Shown here: positions 58,324 through 64,000 of the stretch, in pieces
How the letters are laid out: the number at the start of each line of letters is the position of its first letter
Position numbering within the stretch: the stretch's first letter is position 1
Assembly (NCBI GenBank): GCA_003344405.1
Contig: NOWV01000010.1
Span: forward strand, 930,001-994,000
Reading direction: 5' to 3'
Length of the DNA stretch: 64,000 bases
Source: Trichoplax sp. H2
Lineage: Eukaryota
The notes under the pieces: generated by a model
Databases searched by the model: none
Told to the model about the DNA's origin: nothing
What the model saw: the letters and a program-made list of their open reading frames with translations, nothing else
Program-made: the position numbers and the translations under genes

Positions 58324-61300
58324 GAAATACCAGTTCTTACTATTTGATGTGTCATATATTATGCCTACCTTGACTTCAATTTGTATAAAGTGAAAGAGGG
58401 AATAAGAAGAGCTCTGGAACATTTTTTCTTCAATCAGCATAATTCTATTTGCCGAATAGAATAGAAATACGATAGGAAAATATATTTCAACTCTTGCCTT
58501 TGACCTCACATCAATCAACATGGATATAGTCATTATCATACAATCTTAATAGAATAGAGTTGACAATTGGACCTTTTTCTCCATGTAGCAATCATGGATA
58601 GAAAGCAAAACTGCTATTTTTTAACTCTTGTACAAGCTGTAAATTTTTTCGTTATTGTATATTTTACACTATTCTATCTAACAAATAATGATATCAACAT
58701 AAAATGGATACGTTTCTGTATGTACTATATAAATTATTATAGAATAACATCGAATCAATCACTGCCTTTTCTAATATTTTCAATCAATGTCATGATTGCT
58801 CTTTACATTGTATAAAGGTTTTACTTCCTTTTTGATAGAATTTAAACTTTCACGGCTTTCTTATATTAACTCTATCAGCAATTGACTGACCCTTTTGAAG
58901 CAGTAGATTGTTGTCGCCAAAAAATCCTTTTGGCTATGTATAATGTTTCTCTACTGAAAAAGTGCAAAAACTTGTAATCAAGCAATATTGATTATCCATA
59001 ATCTTGATCATTTCTACTATTATAATTGTAAAATATGGCACTATACATCAGTTATTTGATGATATTTGCTTTACAATTAACTCAGGTGAGATTTTTCGAT
59101 TGGCTTTGACTGTTGTACAGTCTCGTTAACTATTCGAAAGATCAAACTGTAGCTTTGATAATAAGCTGCGATATATTTTCACTACTCCATTATGTTTTTT
59201 TCATTTTTATTTAAAAAAACAACAGTCCAAAAATTATCGACCCAAATCGATCCCAATTCGCCTTTATTGTATGTAAAAAAATATCGACTCCTCACTCAAT
59301 TTTATAAGATTTACCATAAACGTCATTTCACTCTTTGCTCAATTAAGTGGCAATTAAATCAATAAAAAAGATTTTCTATAAAACTCATGGTGCGAACTTC
59401 AATTTTGAATAAAAATTAATATTTACGGGAAAATAGCAACTTCAGTGTAGATAGCTGACATCTCCCATATTGCAGGGGAGCTGTAAATAGATTTAAATCA
59501 TAGAAAGGGGACATAATAAATATTTGACGATATTGGTAGTGGTCTTTAATCTATACTGTTAACCAGGAGTTAAATTTCAGTGCTGACAGTATCTGTAAGC
59601 TACTTTTACTATGAAGTAAAAGACATTCTGCATTCCTTTCATATACGTAATCTTTCCTTCCGTATTTAGTATGATTAGTTGAAATTTTACGGGATAGTAT
59701 TGACTGTTAATCTCCTTTTACTCATAGAAAAAAGTAGCACTATTTCTCTTGTAGAACTATAATGATGCAGTTAAGACCGAAAGTGTTTCTGGCAAGCTAT
59801 AGATTTTACGGAATAAGATAAAGCTACATTTCTTATTTTCATTATCATCTAAACTTACCGTACTCATTTAGTGATTAACTAAAGCTAACTAGTATTACAA
59901 GAGTTGCTAGATTTTCGTAATATGAACAAGAAAGAAATATTTTTCACTTTATTTTCTTAACATTTGGTAGTGGAACTTCTCTACATTATTGTGGTGTAAG
60001 AAAATTTTTGCCACGTTACATTTAATAAATCGCCTTATGAGAGATTAGATTCATAAATAAGAAAGAAAAACTTACTCCGCTAAAACTGTGCTACAACTCA
60101 TCAAACTACAACTATTGGTAAGGATCGGTCTAGTAGCCGATATTGATAATTAGTAGATGGGGAGTTAGTAACCTTGAACACCAATAGCTAATAATTTCAA
60201 TGACTAATTCGCTAATTTAATTCGTTGCTGTCATTGAAATTCTTAAATTATTTTATTCTAAGTACTGCCTAATGCGGCAAATTCTATCTAGCGTTGGCGA
60301 AAAATTCTTTTCCCACAAAAAATGTACATCAGAGCTTAATTCATTGATGAGCAATTTTATCGAACTAGTTAATTGTTAGTTATATTACTTTATTCTATGC
60401 AGGGAAAATTTTATGCGGTCAATTTAATTTAAAAACGGAAAAAACTTCTGGAATACAGCACATGAGAATAATTATCTTAATATCCTAAATATCGGTAATA
60501 TATATTTCTTGTAATAGATTTATAAATCTTTCTTAGTCGTCGGGAGACCAAGCGTACTCCATCTAATTCGATTTAGTAAACTAACTCATTACTCTATGCA
60601 ATAAAGCTCTTATTCAGCTTTACAGAGTTAATCGAAAGAATTTTTCTTCAAAATACGGCTATAAGCCCCAATCTTCCTGCCGCTATCATTAATCATCTTT
60701 CAATAGATTTACTATAGAGATTTTATCATTTATTCTAAGGTAGGATATATTTAACTTTATGTCATAAATTTAATAATTGTATCTTCATAATAAAGTCACA
60801 CGACATCGATGGGTAGGAGATCACTTTTGGCGTGAACATATTTCATTTTACTATCAGCTTGCAGTACACTATGAAAGGTACGATCAGCTAATAGCAAAAA
60901 AATTATGTTTGCATCGCTGAGAAGTACGTTATTATAATTAGCACCTTGATGTTAACATTGATGGTAAATCTTATAATCGGCTTGTCGATGTGATAGCAAA
61001 TGAAATTTTATAATGCAAGATTTTAATGACGAAAATGATTAAATTAAATAAAATTAGTGATAATAATTAACTATTCTTATTTCTAATGTCATTGAATCAA
61101 TGTTAGAAGAGCATATTAAATTAAAGTTTGATGTTTATTTCCATTGATTAATTGATTGATTATTATTAATAATGTATTATATTGAAGACTGAATAGTTAT
61201 GACTGCCTAATACTTTCAATTAATCACCTTTTGTTGACAGATTGTCTTCTAACTGTCTCAAGAACGTAAAGAGTATTTTTCAAGAAATTTAAGATGTGAT

Positions 61301-61785
61301 TAACGAATAGAAAATGTTCATACTTACTAAAAAATGAGGAATGAAAACATAGAACTCACTCTACTAAGAAAAAAGAGGTAAAAATCAAATTAGATCAAAT
61401 ATTGTCAATCTAACCAAATATATTCATAATCAAATAACTGCAACTAAGTTTTTCCTCTTTTGTTTTTGTCGTAATCCATCAATGAAAAGGTCTAAGCATT
61501 TTATATTGTCGCCATGTTTTTAAATTATTAAGTTAAACAATAGTCGACATGATATATTCAATGCTCTTAGCCCTGGTTTTATTATTATTATTTTGATTAA
61601 GTATATCGCTATTAATCCACGCTGAATAAGTTTTATGCTCTACAAATATCGGTTGGGTAATAACTTCAGGCTTGAAGATTTAAAGTTATCTTTTAACATT
61701 TTAGATTCGGGCTAACGCTTTAGGGGCCTTTTAAGCTGCTTTTTCGTATACATGATCCTTGGAGCTAAAAATTAGAGAATGTAGT

Positions 61786-62610
61786 GCTAGATCCATAATA
61801 TCTTATATTATAGAAGTCTTGTTCCGTTGATACTAGTGTGAGTAATTTGATTCTTTAATTTCGCTCTACGGAGCGCTAATAACCTCTTGTTACAACATTT
61901 ACAATCTATTAGACTACTGCCACTATCAAAGGATTACAGTATATACTGTGATGGAGGGTTCGATATCTCAGAGGATTGAGATTTAGTCGCCATTTACAAT
62001 TATTACAACAAAGGGTTTATAAAAGTTATGCTTTATTGTAGGTTAGTAATGTGAAGTACAGTGAGGTAGTTACGGTAGATCAGCGTGCAAGCTGTCGTGA
62101 GTAACGAGTAGAAGTATTAGACTGTGAGAGACTAACTAGAAGACTAACTGAGAGGCTAATGAACTCTGAGGTAGAAATCGCTGGTATTTATAGTTTTAAA
62201 GATAGAGCACATGTAGAGAATAGGATTGTGGAATTAGATACAACATATACCATAACAGGTTACAAAATAGCAGATGATTGTAGAAAAACAGCGAGTACCG
62301 TAATAACTAAATACAGTAGTCTATATATGAATGTAGAGTAAGCGGACTGTAGATCTGTCTAAATATAAGAGCAATACAACATGTCTATATTTAAGAGTAG
62401 AATATAGTTACAGTATATTCTNNNNNNNNNNNNNNNNNNNNGCTAGATCCATAATATCTTATATTATAGAAGTCTTGTTCCGTTGATACTAGTGTGAGTA
62501 ATTTGATTCTTTAATTTCGCTCTACGGAGCGCTAATAACCTCTTGTTACAACATTTACAATCTATTAGACTACTGCCACTATCAAAGGATTACAGTATAT
62601 ACGTATATTC
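61786..62610. repeat. Duplicate on both sides of a second 20-N gap (61786-61946 equals 62442-62602), probably alternative haplotypes
   Basis: About 160 bp of identical sequence restarts exactly after the gap. Confidence 0.9.
61947..62412 (-). mobile_element. 466-bp insertion with TG...CA termini (solo-LTR-like or non-autonomous element)
   Basis: Present in the first copy and absent in the second; the minus strand reads TGTAAC...TATATAG...AATAAA...ATCACA. Confidence 0.6.
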
Positions 62611-64000
62611 GTAGAGTGTATTCTCACTGTTCTCTGCAGCAACTTATGTATGCATATATTTTATTTCTATAGGACATGTAAGATATTTTTTCATCTGGCT
62701 CAAGACAAAATAAAAATTTTAATAGTTTATAAGGACGATGAAGTTATATACAATATTTAAAACGATAACAATACTATGTTTCATTTTTATATTTCAACTG
62801 AGTACGTATAATATTTTCCTATCCTTTTTAAAAGGTTGCATGATATATTGTGATTAGAAAATTCTTCCTGGTCGTAAGAAACAATCAAATTGTATCACAA
62901 TAATAATCGATTCATAGTTGCTGCAATAGAATTAATGCTGTGATTTCATCTAGATTAAACTTTACTTGATACATTTGATATTTTACTAATCTTGTTTAAA
63001 CTAAAATTATATTTAGCAACATGACATTCTTACAGGTGGTAAGATGTAGTATGACAAAATTATATCTCAATAATAATAATAATAACAGCTGCTATAATAA
63101 AAAATATGAAGCTTTATTATATGGACAATCACAGTGAATAAGTGATTTATTTTTTGTTATATTGTATGTTATCCTCCTTTGAAATATATTGATTGCATAT
63201 TATATTATTTCTGACCGGAGACAACAATAAAGTTAAATAGTCGACGTAACATCATGATATAAATTATCTGATTTAATGCTCTATTTATGATAGTGGTTAT
63301 AATTCAAAGTCGTAATTTCTTATTCTCATGGATTTTATTTAAGACTTTAATATTGTTGTCATTCATATTATGAAAGTAATAAATAAAATAGATGTCTTAA
63401 GCTTGAATCAGACTAATGAATGATATCTAATTAGAATGATAATATATCGCTTTAATATAATATACTAGTATTACATAATGTCGTCGAACTTTTTTAATTA
63501 ATCGAAGTAAACAAAAAATTGAAGGTCAAAATTTTTCTTGATTTCTCTTGCTGGGGTAGTGCCTCAATAAATATTTTTAAAACAGTATAAGGGTGCCTAC
63601 AGTTAAATCTCATATATCTAACCTAACTTACGCTAATTCAATTACAATAATTTTGTCGATTTCATAATATCTATCAACTCAATTTCTTATTTCCCTATAT
63701 ACTGTGAACAATGTGCGCGATTGACTTTCAAAAATGGCTTAATGATTAAATTGTAACTACCTTAGTGGAGCAGATGTCATCTAATTCAGCCTATTTAATC
63801 CAGATTGAATGCAATGGCTTATTCCATGAAATATAACAATAGAGTGTGAACATAGATTGAATAATTGGAGCTAATAATTTTTTATGATATTTAACTTGCT
63901 CCTACGTATAATTAGTACTTTTCAAATTTTCAGCAAAACATCGCTGTTGGACACCACCACTATTAAGGTAAACATACGGTACAAGAAGATATTAACGGAC

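Noticed and set aside
58400-61780. Genes in the AT-rich right-hand region, also 1-1700 and 62610-64000
   Set aside because: No convincing ORFs or exon chains seen by eye; small exons cannot be excluded
62159-62341. 60-aa ORF inside the 466-bp element
   Set aside because: Short, with no transposase, gag or pol motif

Overview
AT-rich eukaryotic DNA with compact GT-AG introns and animal-type proteins. The style fits a compact non-bilaterian genome such as a placozoan, but that is inference and was not verified. Spliced genes reconstructed by hand: cytosolic HSP70 with a TATA box and heat-shock element (-), a four-Tudor-domain protein (+), HBS1L (-), the NRBP pseudokinase (-), heme-type cystathionine beta-synthase (+), EIF3E (+) hosting a U31/snR67-type C/D snoRNA, a poorly resolved multi-exon gene (-), and an orphan two-exon gene with a SAP-like motif (+). 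Main points of interest: (1) gene-upstream regions carry mixed-orientation TA(CAG/CTG-TA)n arrays. These look like stacked Tc1/mariner excision footprints and differ by whole units between two apparent haplotype copies at an assembly gap. (2) HBS1L has an alternative terminal exon encoding a Ski7/HBS1LV3-like isoform. (3) HBS1L also has a probable U12 intron with AT-AA ends. (4) A 466-bp TG...CA element is present in one haplotype copy and absent from the other. (5) The CBS has CysK-like active-site substitutions. Exon boundaries are manual readings and need RNA-seq confirmation.
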